DNA of 64,000 nt from Macrostomum lignano (Eukaryota): NCBI GenBank assembly GCA_002269645.1, contig NIVC01001040.1:65769-129768 (forward strand), written 5' to 3'. The notes under the pieces were generated by a model, which did not search any database, was not told the origin of the DNA, and worked only from the letters and a program-made list of their open reading frames with translations. Below, in pieces: positions 39,231-51,294 of the stretch (positions are counted from its first letter, which is position 1; every line of letters begins with the position of its first letter). The position numbers were made by a program, and so were the translations under genes.

Positions 39231-39378
39231 GGACACAGCGGGTCACGGCAAGTCAGGACACAGCGGGTCACGGCAAGTCAGGACACAGCGGGTCACGGCA
39301 AGTCAGGACACAGCGGGTCACGGCAAGTCAGGACACAGCGGGTCACGGCAAGTCAGGACACAGCGGGTCACGGCAAGC
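39231..39378. repeat. 25-bp minisatellite, ~6 copies
   Basis: Same unit as 7823-8170. Confidence 0.93.
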
Positions 39379-39864
39379 CAAGCGGTGGCTGTATATTTAA
39401 CTGAGAACTCTTGAGTAAGCACCGGACTTCCTGCTCCAACAGTTGCTAATAAAAAGTCAGTCCAAAAATCAAATACAAAAATCAGAGCCGGAAAAAGCGC
39501 CAAACCGGTGGCTGAAAAATGTGAAAAATTCTCGGCAACAGAAAATCTGGAGTAGGCAGTGAGCAGTCTGAGCAGATTGGGGAAATTGTGATTGGCTTTG
39601 TGCCAGAGTTTCAAAATCAACATTGATCAGCTTGAAACTGGAATGGCACTCGAGTCAGCTCAAAAATGTCTCATTAATTGAAAGGAGCAACCGGTAAAAC
39701 AAACCCGGCAGTCAAATAAACAAAATTTGAATTCCGAATCGCAGACGAATAAACAAAACTGTGATTGGATAACTGATCCGGGCATCGGGAAGCAGCAGGT
39801 GATCAATAGACAAAACGATAATTCAAAATTTAAAATCTGAATGAGCAGTTCGAACAAACAAAGC

Positions 39865-40410
39865 AGCCGGATAAACAAAATGCCCAATCGGATAAACAAA
39901 ATGGGCAATCGGATAAACAAAATGGGCAATCAGATGAACAAAAACGGCAATCGGATAAACAAAAAGGGCAATCGGATAAACAAAAAGGGCAATCAAATAA
40001 ACAAAAAGGTCAATCGGATAAACAAAAAGGACAATCGGATAAACAAAAAAGGGCAATCAGATAAACAAAAAGTTCAATCGGATAAACAAAAAGGGCAATC
40101 AAATAAACAAAAAGGGCAATCAGATAAACAAAAAAGGGCAATCAGATAAACAAAAAGGTCAATCGGATAAACAAAAAGGGCAATCAAATAAACAAAAAGG
40201 GCAATCAGATAAACAAAAAAGGGCAATCAGATAAACAAAAAGGTCAATCGGATAAACAAAAAGGGCAATCGGATAAACAAAAAGAGCAATCGGATAAACA
40301 AAAAGAGCAATCGAATAAACAAAAAGGTCAATCAGATAAACAGAAAGGGCAATCGAATAAACAAAAAGGCAATCAGATAAACAAAAAGAGCAATCAGATA
40401 AACAAAAAAC
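39865..40410. repeat. 21-bp minisatellite, ~26 copies
   Basis: Same unit as 8665-9140. Confidence 0.93.
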
Positions 40411-41634
40411 ATCACCAAGCAAAACCGGCCGCTCCAAGAGCCGCTCCGCTCCCTCACAGCCCATCGCTCTCGCAGTCAGGATGAGGCACTCAGGAAGCTG
40501 TGCCGCAGCAGCTCCGCGGTGTCCGCTCGCTTCCTCGGGTCATAGTCTACGCACCTGAGGTAGAAGTCCTTCAGGCCGGCTGAGAACCCGTCCGCAATCC
40601 GAGGCATCTTCTGCTTTCTAAACCGCAGAATGCCAATATTTTCAATTGGCTGGTCTCCATCAGGAGGCTGCATGGCCGTCAGCTCATACACGGTGCAGCC
40701 GAAGGCCCACACGTCGGTCTTGGCTGAGTACAGAAGTGATTTCAATTTTGTGTCGAACAGCTCCGGAGCCATGAAGTACATGGTACCTTTTGGTCCGAAG
40801 CCTGTGCTAAGACCGCAGGTCTTCTCAATCTCCTTGGCCAGACCGAAGTCGATCAGCTTGATGACGCCCTCGTTGGTGAGCATAATATTGGAGCTCTTAA
40901 TGTCACGGTGCAAGATAGCGCCCTCCGGCTGGCAGTGCAGAAAGTTCAGGCCTGAGCAGATCTGCAGGAGCAGTTTTGAGCAGTCATGAGACCCCATACC
41001 TGCTCCCACCCACACTGATCCCACACTAATCCCACACTGATCCCACACTGATCCCACACTGATCCCACACTGATCCCACACTGATCCCACACAGATCCCA
41101 CGCTGATCCCACACTGATCCCACACTAATCCCACATCCCACCCATGCCAGGCAATGCCAGAGAACTCAGACACGCACCTGTCTGGAGAAGTCCCTGACCC
41201 CGGACTCCTTGAACGGCTTTTTTTGACGCTGCATCAGCTCAAAGAGGCTGTGACCCGAGACCAGCTCGGTGAAGATGTACAGCCCATCCGACTTCTGCTC
41301 GCACTTGAGGAACTGCAGGATGTTGGGATGCGAGAGTCGCTTGAGGATCTCAACTCCCCGCTTCTCCATCTCGACGGCTCTCTGCAGCTTCCCCGATTGG
41401 CCGGTGCCGCTCAGGGGCAGCACCTTGACAGCCACCGTCTGGTTGCGGTCTGTGAGGGCCTTGTACACCTCACCGAATCCGCCACGGCCGATGAGCTGCT
41501 TCTTGTCGTCCTGCAGAATGAAGTCCCAGTCGGTGAAGCTGGGGTCCAGCTGCTTCTTGGCGCTGAAACATGAAATGAAGGAATTGATGAATTTTGTGTT
41601 GCTTGGGGCTTTCTGAGTACTTTGGAGTCACTCA

Positions 41635-41930
41635 GCCTTCTGCGTCACTACTCTTATGCGTCACCATCCTTATGCGTCACCACCCTTCTGCGTCACCAGC
41701 CTTCTGCGTCAACCACCCTTCTGCGTCACCACCCTTCTGCGTCACCAACCTTCTGCGTCACCAGCCTTCTGCGTCACCACCCTTCTGCGTCACCACCCTT
41801 CTGCGTCACCACCCTTCTGCGTCACCACCCTTCTGCGTCACCACCCTTCTGCGTCACCACCCTTCTGCGTCACCACCCTTCTGCGTCACCACCCTTCTGC
41901 GTCACCACCCTTCTGCGTCACCACCCTTCT
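41635..41930. repeat. 16-bp intronic minisatellite, ~18 copies
   Basis: Same unit as 10345-11105. Confidence 0.93.
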
Positions 41931-42479
41931 GCCATGAGCATCCTCGGGTGCCATGAAGTGCCAGGTTCCTTTTGGCTGGGTGCCTGCGCTCAGACTGCAG
42001 GTTTTGACGAGTTCACCAACTGTCGCCTCATCATTTCTCACCGAGTCTCCTCAGGCAGTCCGACCGGAGTCGGCCCAGTCGGCTGGACGCTCTGTCGAGC
42101 TCGTGGGCGGGGACGCGGAGCTGCAGCGCTGTAGGAAGAGTTTTACGAGTGAGCCGTTAAACATGTCTGGGTCGCCAAGACGGCACTTGAACTCTGCTAA
42201 TGCTTCGTGAATAAGAAGCCCTGCAGATTGAGCTTTGGGTGGCGCTATATGGACATTGGGGACGCGATCGGGAGATAGCGGCGCCACGAAGAGATTTTGA
42301 ACATATTATATTTAACATATTACATATTACAACATATTACATATTATATTATATTTTGAACATCACACCAAGTACATTCCTACTAAAATCGGAGAGTTTG
42401 AAACTTCGGAGAGTTTGATGGCACTTGAACTCGCTGATGCTTTGTGTTAAAAAACTCCTGCAGATTGAGATGTGGGTGG

Positions 42480-42690
42480 GGGGCGCCATGAGGAGATTGG
42501 GGGCGCCATGGGAGATTGGAGGCGCCATGGGGAGGTTTAAGTCGCCATGGGGAGATTGGAGGCGCCATGGGGAGGTTGGGAGGCGCCATGGGGAGGTTGA
42601 GGGCGCCATGGGGAGGTTGGGGGCGCCATGGGGAGGTTGGGAGGCGCCATGGGGAGGTTGAGGCGCCATGCGAGGTTGGGGGCGCCATGA
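42480..42690. repeat. 20-bp intronic minisatellite (ggcgccatgggga...), ~10 copies
   Basis: Same unit as 11630-12245. Confidence 0.92.
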
Positions 42691-44314
42691 GGAGCTGCAC
42701 TGACAGATTCATGACGCCCTCGCTTGACTGCTGCGCTGCTGAGAATTTCAGGGCGCCGATCATCAAAGCGCAATGAATTTTCGCCAAACAATATTTTCAG
42801 TATTTTCAGTGTCAGGCAGCAGCTCTCAGTCAAGACTCACCCAGCTGAGGCGGCAGTCGGCGCTGAGCTGCCAGCAGGAGGCCGAGAGGCTTCGAGCCGC
42901 CGCTGCGTAAAGGAAATCCAGGCCCGCTTTTCTGACTGGTCTCGATAGCGATAACTCTCAACATAATCAGCCAGTGTTTCGCCCTTGTTGTTCTTCAAGC
43001 TGAACATTTCGGCTCCGATTTGGTCAAAAATGAACTGAAGAGAGCCGACTGGCTGCAACTGAGCGGCCAAATGGACGGCCGTGTTCCCGTATTCGTCAGG
43101 AACTGTGAGACAGTCGCTGCCGAGCTCCTTCACCAGCCACTTCAGATTTGAATTGTCAGACTTCTGAGCAGCAAAGTGAAATGCTGTTCCATCATCATCT
43201 CCCTTCAGCTGAAAGCAGTCAGTTCCGATCTGTCCCTTGATCCACTCCAGCGACTCGATGCCCTGATGCTCAGCGGCCAAATGGACGGCCGTGTTACCGC
43301 ATTTGTCAGGAACTGTGAGACAGTCGCTGCCGAGCTCCTTCACCAGCCACTTCAGCTTTGAATTGTCAGACTCCTCAGCAGCAAAGTGAAATGCCGTTTT
43401 ATCCAACCATCCCTTCAGCCGAAAGCAGTCAGTTCCGATCTGTCTCTTGATCCACTCCAGCGACTCGATGCCCTGATGCCAAGCAGCCAAATGGACGGCC
43501 GTGGTACCGTATCTGAGTTATGCTGAGTTAAACAATGAGAGCTGACTGTGGCTGCGTGCTCGGCATAGCAAGTGCATTGCCAGTGGGCAGGGGTGAAGGG
43601 GCGGCAGCTGAGACACGAGGGGAGAGAGATGGAGGGGGGAGGGAGGGCAGGGCTGAGGCCTGGAAACCAAGCGGAGCTCTCTGACGATTTTCAATTCAGT
43701 TTGCAATTGTATGGCAAAAATTTTGCAGAAAAATGCTTATAACTGAGGATTTTTTGTTGCTGAACTCGAAACAGATGGAGAATGGTCGCTTGGGTTTGCC
43801 AGCGACACTTTAAGTCAGTATCTAACAGGTGACGTCAGTATCTAACAGGTGACATCAGTGTCTAACATGTCACTCTAGTATCTAACAGGTGACGTCAGTA
43901 TCTAACAGGTGACACCAGTATCTAACAGGTGACATCAGTATCTAACAGGTGACATCAGTATCAAAAAGGTGACATCAGTATCTAACAGGTGACATCGATA
44001 TCTAACAGGTGACATAAGTGTCTCACAGCTGACATCAGTATCTAATACGTGACTTCTTTATCTAACAGGTGACGTCAGTATCTAACAGGTGACGTCAGTA
44101 TCTAACAGGTGACATCAGTATCATACAAGTGACATCAGTATCTAACAGGCGATATCGGTATCAAACACGTGACACCATTATCTAACAGGTGACATCAGTA
44201 TCTAACAGGTGACATCAGTATCATACAAGTGACATCAGTATCTAACAGGCGATATCGGTATCAAACACGTGACACCATTATCTAACAGGTGACATCAGTA
44301 TCTAACAGGTGACA

Positions 44315-45710
44315 TCAGTATCGTGCGTGCGTGTAATTGATTTTTTCGAGAATGGCTCAACCGATTCTCTTCAAACTTGCACCATTCGATCAGAAATTTT
44401 CCTGGGATGGTGCATGCATCTTGGCTAAGAAATTGATCAATATTAAAGGAATTAAATATTCGAAAAAACTGATTTTCTGCAAAGGTCAAGCAGCTCTTTC
44501 GACCTGAAATGCATTGTAAAAATGCTAGAGAAAAACCTGACTGACTGAATTTCAATTCTGATAAAGATTGCATCACAGCAAGTTGAAAACAGTGCCAAAG
44601 AAATGCACACACGACTTGATTTAAATTGCGTAACCATATTGCTAACTTAAATTGAGACTGATACTGGCTGACTGAGAAATTGATTATGTCATAACTTTTT
44701 ACTCTAACCGATTTGCTATAAGAATGAATTATAAGGGCCACAATTCATGTTCTCCAATCGACAAGAGATAGCATAGATGCGAACAGACTGGACTGCTAAT
44801 TCAGCGACCTGGGTTCGAATCTAAGTAGTGCAAAATAATTTTTTTATTAAAACATCTTAAAAACAAAATGCTAAGCATAAAAGAAGCACAATGTCAAACA
44901 AAAGTGGCACCATTTCAAACATTAAAGGCCACCATGTCAAACATATATGTGACTCCATGTCTAACATTAAAGAGCCACCATGTCAAACATTAAAGAGCCA
45001 CCATGTCGAACATTAAAGAGCCATCATGTCGAACATTAAAGAGCCACCATGGTGAACATTAAGAAGCCATCATTACAGACATTAAGGTGCCACCAGGTCA
45101 AACATTAAAGAGCCACCATGTCGAACATAAAAGAGCCACTATGTCAAACATCAACGAGTCACCATGTCAAGCGTATAAGTGACTCCATGTCAGACATTAA
45201 AGAGCCATCATTGCAGACATTAAGATGCCACCAGGTCAAACATTAAAAAGCCACCATGTCAAACATAAAAGAGCCACCATGTCAAACATTAAAGAGCCAC
45301 CATGTCGAACATAAAAGAGCACCATGTCGAACATTAAAGAGCCATCATTACAGACATTAAGATGCCACCAGGTCAAACATTAAAGAGCCACCATGTCAAA
45401 CACAAAACAGCTACCATGTCAAACATAAATGGGGTGCCTACTATCTTGGAGTGCTTGCTATCTGGGGGTGCTTGCTATTAGGTGGATGCTTGCTATCTGG
45501 GGTGCCTGCTATCTGGAGATGCTTGCTATCTGGGGGTGCTTGCTATCTGGGGGGTTGCTTGCTGTCCTGGGATGTTTTCTTTTTGCATTACACTTCATTT
45601 GAGCAGTTTTTCTATTGTCTATGTGAAGGCTTTATTTGGCCGTCTTTTTGATACTTGTAGAGAGCTAGAGATTCTATCTAGATGCCCCCATCGGGGGCGA
45701 AGATTGCTAG
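44315..45710 (+). mobile_element. Non-autonomous Helitron-like element inserted in the 20-bp array
   Basis: A|TC 5' end, (gtgc)n then aatggctcaaccgattctcttcaaacttg (resembles the conserved segment of non-autonomous Helitrons), 3' hairpin gcccccatcgggggc + 8 nt + CTAG|T, no TSD. Contains internal 23-bp and ~18-bp repeats and is absent from unit A. Confidence 0.65.
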
Positions 45711-46028
45711 TCAGTATCTAACAGGTGACATCAGTATCTAACAGGTGACATCAGTATCTAACAAGTGACATCAGTATCTCACAGGTGACATCAATATCTA
45801 ACACGTGACATCAATATCTAACAGGTGACATCAGTATCTAACAGGTGACCTGGGTATCTAACAGGTGACACCAATATCTAACAGGTTACACCAGTATCTA
45901 ACAGGTTACACCAGTATCTAACAGGTGACATCTGTGGCAAAGTGCCACTGGACTGATCTGAGGTTGCTTGGGGTGTAGGGTTGCGTGGGCACGTTGATTA
46001 TTGCTTAAGTAGCTCGTAAGGGGTTCTA

Positions 46029-46579
46029 GCTATCTGGGGTGCTTGCTATTAGGTGGATGCTTGCTATCTGGGGTGCCTGCTATCTTGGAGTGCTTGCTAT
46101 CTGGGGGTGCTTGCTATTAGGTGGATGCTTGCTATCTGGGGTGCCTGCTATCTGGAGATGCTTGCTATCTGGGGGTGCTTGCTATCTGGGGGGTTGCTTG
46201 CTGTCCTGGGATGTTTTCTTTTTGCATTGCACTTCATTTGAGCAGTTTTTCTATTGTCTATGTGAAGGCTTTATTTGGCCGTCTTTTTGATACTTGTAGA
46301 GAGCTAGAGATTCTATCTAGATGCCCCCCATCGGGGGGCGAAGATTGCTAGTCAGTATCTAACAGGTGACATCAGTATCTAACAGGTGACCTCGGTATCT
46401 AACATTTGACACCAATATCTAACAGGTTACACCAGTATCTAACAGGTTACACCAGTATCTAACAGGTTACACCAGTATCTAACAGGTGACATCTGTGGCA
46501 AAGTGCCACTGGACTGATCTGAGGTTGCTTGGGGTGTAGGGTTGCGTGGGCACGTTGATTATTGCTTAAGTAGCTCGTA
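46029..46579. repeat. Local tandem re-duplication of ~45441-46019 (Helitron 3' end, minisatellite and first ~90 bp of the next insert)
   Basis: Near-identical blocks, including a second hairpin-CTAG end at 46351. Confidence 0.85.
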
Positions 46580-46741
46580 AATACACCTCATTGATTGCTC
46601 GTCCTCGCGTGTACGTGTATCGTGTACTAATGTACGTCTTGCTTATTAAATATATATGCGCGTGCGCTAACTAGCAGTCGCTCAAGTTTTCTCAAGAAGT
46701 TCTTACTTACTTAACCAGTGGAGTCCGTGTGAGTTACTACA
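46494..46741. mobile_element. Possible solo LTR (~248 bp, TGT...ACA)
   Basis: Begins tgtggca and ends ttactaca, with internal attaaa and tatatat; absent in unit A. The TSD is not convincing. Confidence 0.3.
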
Positions 46742-47485
46742 TCTAATATAGTAATAATATAGGATCTAGTATAGTATCTAACAAGTGACATCAGTATCTA
46801 ACGGGTGACATCGGTATCTAACAGGTGACATCGGTATCTAACGGGTGACATCGGTATCTAACGGGTGACATCGGTATCTAACGGGTGACATCGGTATCTA
46901 ACGGGTGACACCAGTATCTAACAGAAGACACCAGTATCTAAAAGGTGACACCAGTATCTAACAGGTGACATCAGTATCTAACGGGTGACTGGCCACTGGA
47001 GAGACCGCGCGTTAGTGCCCAGTCGACGAAAAATATCGCGCCACTTAACTAATCAATAATTAATTCGTCACTTGACAGTCATGATACTTGATTTTCTGAT
47101 TTAAATTTAGTGAAATTTAATTTCCACGACACGCACAATTTGTGCACGAATTTGAAAGTTGGATTCAATTTCCTTGGATTGATGCTTTGAAAAAATTACC
47201 TGATCAAAGAAATGATCCATTAAAATTGCTATTTTTTAATTGCTTGGTTTAGAGGACTGCTGAGACTTTAAACTATACAGCCAGGGTGTCCTAGTAGCTT
47301 GACTACGGGCTACTGTGGTATATTTGATTGGGTAAATATTTCATGTAACACAATATCCGCTAACATCCGCATAGAGAAGCTATTATTTTGTATGGGCTAA
47401 TTGGGGAATTAAAGCAAGCTTACGCGAAAATAGTTAATGTTTTTTAGCATGTAGATATTATGTCAAACATTTGGAAAGTCTCGCA

Positions 47486-48031
47486 TCAACGCTTGACTTC
47501 AAACTTGACGTCTTTGCACTCGTTGATTGTTTCGCAAGAATCTAAAATAGAAAAAAATGTCAGTAAAGATATCTGGATTGTGAAATATTTTATTTGAAAC
47601 TTTCTATTTGGTAGAGAAGGAACAGCTTCTTACCAGCAGTGCAGCAGATGCCTCTGGAAGCGCAGCGACCCTTGCCTCCCAGACAGACGGTGGCGACGCG
47701 ACCGCAGCCAAGGACTTTCGCTGGCAGACGGCGACACGCGGCGGTGTCCGGGCCGAAGCCGACGCGATATCCGCCGTGGGGGTGACAGCAGATGGCGCGG
47801 CCGAAACAGCGGCCCCAGCCGTGGGAGCAGCTCAGGCAGGGACCGTTGATGGTATTGGTTGCCGGTACATGACTGCCTGCGGGTTTGAAGTTATGGTAGA
47901 CTTTAAAATACCTGTGTTTGGATTCGGCGTGCCGTTACATTAATTTGAGGTTCAAGGCCCAGGGCTGGCTGGCCATCTCAAAATGCCCACAGTGTGCATA
48001 CTGTTGTAGCACAGTGGTACAGCGTCGGACT
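47486..48031 (-). pseudogene. Prohormone pseudogene: neurophysin exons only; exon 1 (signal peptide and hormone) deleted
   Basis: Exon 2 (47634..47876) and exon 3 (47486..47541) are present. A 668-bp deletion joins at 48029-48031, and there is a conserved Cys to Tyr change (TGT to TAT). Confidence 0.9.
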
Positions 48032-48090
48032 ATCGAAAAAAGCCACAGAACTCTTAACGGTTCCTGGATATTGAAAAGCTCGGTGCAGCC

Positions 48091-48525
48091 AGCTGTGCTA
48101 CTGCAAGTACTGAATATGGCTCGCTTGACTGCAATCTGCATGAATTTGTGTCTGACTTTGCTGCCTTCACTTCACCCAGCTGTGCTACTGCAAGTACTGA
48201 ATATGGCTCGCTTGACTGCAATCTGCATGAATTTGTGTCTGACTTTGCTGCCTTCACTTCACCCTGCTGTGCTACTGCAAGTACTGAATATGGCTCGCTT
48301 GACTGCAGTCTGCATGAATTTGTGTCTGACTTTGCTGCCTTCACTTTACCCAGCTGTGCTACTGCAAGTACTGAATATGGCTCGCTTGACTGCAGTCTGC
48401 ATGAATTTGTGTCTGACTTTGCTGCCTTCACTTCACCCTGCTGTGCTACTGCAAGTACTGAATATGGCTCGCTTGACTGCAGTCTGCATGAATTTGTGTC
48501 TGACTTTGCTGCCTTCACTTCACCC
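48091..48525. repeat. 87-bp tandem repeat, 5 copies (single-copy in unit A at ~16978-17064)
   Basis: Units start at 48091, 48178, 48265, 48352 and 48439. Confidence 0.95.
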
Positions 48526-49055
48526 TGCTGTGGCACCTCATCAATGGCGCTTTGTGCTCAAATGCAGTTTATTTATAAATTTATTAATAATTTTGCATTT
48601 TGTACTCACGGTTTATTTTGCTAATCTTTATACACAGTTCAGGTGTGCATTTTGTAATCCACCTTTGATAATCTTTGGATTTATTTATCCGGTGCAACAG
48701 ACTGACCCTGCTTCTACTCGCCCCGACCCTAGCCATCCAAGCAGCTCCAGACCAGCCGAGCTCAATGCCTAGAGGACAATGGCGAAGCTGAGGTTTAAGG
48801 GCCGAGCCGGCAGCCTGCGAACGCGTGTCAAAAGAAGACTCGCTGCAAATGCTTTTTTAGGAGGGGGGGGGGTTGATGGCTGCCTAAAAGCGGCACAGAG
48901 ACAAGATGCGTGAGCGCTAACCCTGCCCCGCTCAAACAATTCACTGCTTTGCATTGCGCTTGTGCTCTCAGCAAAAATTTACTGCCTTTGATATTCGGCA
49001 CTTCGTGTTTTCAGATGCGAGCCTCCCACTCATATTGGGCGTTTAGAATTAGGGA

Positions 49056-50208
49056 GAGGGGCAGGGAGAGACAGGCTGGGATGTAGGGTGAGGGGCAGGG
49101 AGAGACAGGCTCGGATGTAGGGTGAGGGGCAGGGAGAGAAAGGCTGGGATGTAGGGTGAGGGGCAGGGAGAGAGACAGGCTGGGATGTAGGGTGAGGGGC
49201 ACGGAGAGAGAAAGGCTGGGATGTAGGGTGAGGGCAGGGAGAGAGACAGGCTGGGATGTAGGGTGAGGGGCAGGGAGGGAGACAGGCTGGGATGTAGGGT
49301 GAGGGGCAGGGAGAGAGACAGGCTGGGATGTAGGGTGAGGGGCAGGGAGAGAGACAGGCTGGGATGTAGGGTGAGGGCAGGGAGAGAGACAGGCTGGGAT
49401 GTAGGGTGAGGGCAGGGAGAGAGACAGGCTGGGATGTAGGGTGAGGGGCAGGGAGAGAGAAAGGCTGGGATGTAGGGTGAGGGGCAGGGAGAGAGAAAGG
49501 CTGGGATGTAGGGTGAGAAGCAGGGAGGGAGACAGGCTGGGATGTAGGGTGAGGGGCAGGGAGAGAGACAGGCTGGGATGTAGGGTGAGGGGCAGGGAGA
49601 GAGACAGGCTGGGATGTAGGGTGAGGGGCAGGGAGAGAGACAGGCTGGGATGTAGGGTGAGGGACAAGAAGAGATAGGCTGGGATGTAGGGTGAGAAGCA
49701 GGGAGGGAGAAAGGCTGGGATGTAGGGTGAGGGGCAGGGAGAGAGACAGGCTGGGATGTAGGGTGAGGGGCAGGGAGAGAGAAAGGCTGGGATGTAGGGT
49801 GAGGGGCACGGAGAGAGAAAGGCTGGGATGTAGGGTGAGAAGCAAGGAGAGAGACAGGCTGGGATGTAGGGTGAGGGGCAGGGAGAGAGACAGGCTGGGA
49901 TGTAGGGTGAGAAGCAAGGAGAGAGACAGGCTGGGATGTAGGGTGAGGGGCAGGGAGAGAGACAGGCTGGGATGTAGGGTGAGGGGCAGGGAGAGAGACA
50001 GGCTGGGATGTAGGGTGAGGGGCAGGGAGAGAGACAGGCTGGGATGTAGGGTGAGAGGCAGGGAGGGAGACAGGCTGGGATGTAGGGTGAGGGGCAGGGA
50101 GAGAGAAAGGCTGGGATGTAGGGTGAGGGCAGGGAGAGAGACAGGCTGGGATGTAGGGTGAGGGGCAGGGAGAGAGACAGGCTGAGATGTAGGGTGAGAG
50201 GCAGGGCT
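49056..50208. repeat. 36-bp G-rich minisatellite, ~32 copies
   Basis: Counterpart of 17596-23558. Confidence 0.95.
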
Positions 50209-51294
50209 GGCAAAATACCTTCCAAAATACCTTCAAAATCGCGAACAAACAGCTGCCATCAATCTAATCACTTCATCACTTCATAACTTGCATCACTTCT
50301 TGCCCTCGTGGATATATAGTCGTTCAGTTAAAAAATAGTTTTAAATCTCCGCAAACAATATCGCTTACAATACGCTACTCATAGTACTCATAAGAATACC
50401 ATTTGTTGTTAAAGAGAAGAAGGCTGCATGGAATTTTTCCAGAAACTCGTTGGCACCTGAAGATTCGCTATGCTGGAGTTTTTTACTCAAAAGCGAATGA
50501 CAAAACTCTTACACTGCCGTGAGTCGTGCCTCGGCTCTCGGGGGTGGGTCAGCTTGTGTTTTGTTGCGCACCTGTAAGAATTCAATTTTATTGCACATTC
50601 GAGTCCGCCTCTCCATCGATTTCATTGTCCGCATTTGGCTTGTAAAAAAACTGGCTTCTCAAGCAGCTGATTGCATTTTATAACAAATGCTCGCTCAGCT
50701 CGAGTTTTGTTTAGCTGCGAGCTTGAGCAGTCCTGCTCACAGGGCTCTCTTCGCCAGCTACATGAGCACGCATATCAACTGACAGAATTCAGCAATCCAC
50801 CCTCGCTTTGGCCCACTGATGTTCCACACTTCTTTATATTTTTGCCTCCAAGAAGTCCAAAAGCAACAGCCAATCAGATTTTGTTGCCGATGCGCAGATT
50901 TTTAGTGGCGATAAAAGTGAAAATTGAATACTGATTTATTATTTCGAAAACGTTGGACTACCCTTAGAAAATGAGAAACAGTCCATCACAGGCGCGTGTG
51001 GTTGGTGCTGACTCACACAGCCATCCCTCAGGTAGCTGACTGCTCACACAGCCAGTGCAGTTACATGTGCATTATTTATCCGGTGCAACAGACTGGCTCA
51101 GCAGTTCAGCATTAATAATCTAGTTTTTCATCTGCATTGCTCAAATAAAAGTATTGCTGTTTCAATGTTTCTGTCAGATCACTAATGGATGACAATGCAG
51201 AGCAGCACATGTAAAGTATGTGCATTTGAGCATAAAGTTCTCGGCTGGTGTTTGTCTTTGCTATTTTGTTCGTGGTTTGGAATCTCAGATTCGT

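Larger units (their letters stand above)
40476..43512 (-). pseudogene. 5'-truncated paralog of the ankyrin-kinase gene (kinase exons intact; possibly a 374-aa kinase-only product)
   Basis: Exons 40476..40961, 41178..41562, 42042..42128 and 42841..43512 keep their splice sites and open frames. The ATG and N-terminal repeats are removed by a ~1011-bp deletion relative to unit A. An in-frame ATG remains at 43007. Confidence 0.8.
43815..46988. repeat. 20-bp tcagtatctaacaggtgaca array, broken into four pieces by insertions
   Basis: Pieces at ~43815-44320, 45711-45930, 46352-46490 and 46772-46988; the array is uninterrupted in unit A. Confidence 0.9.
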
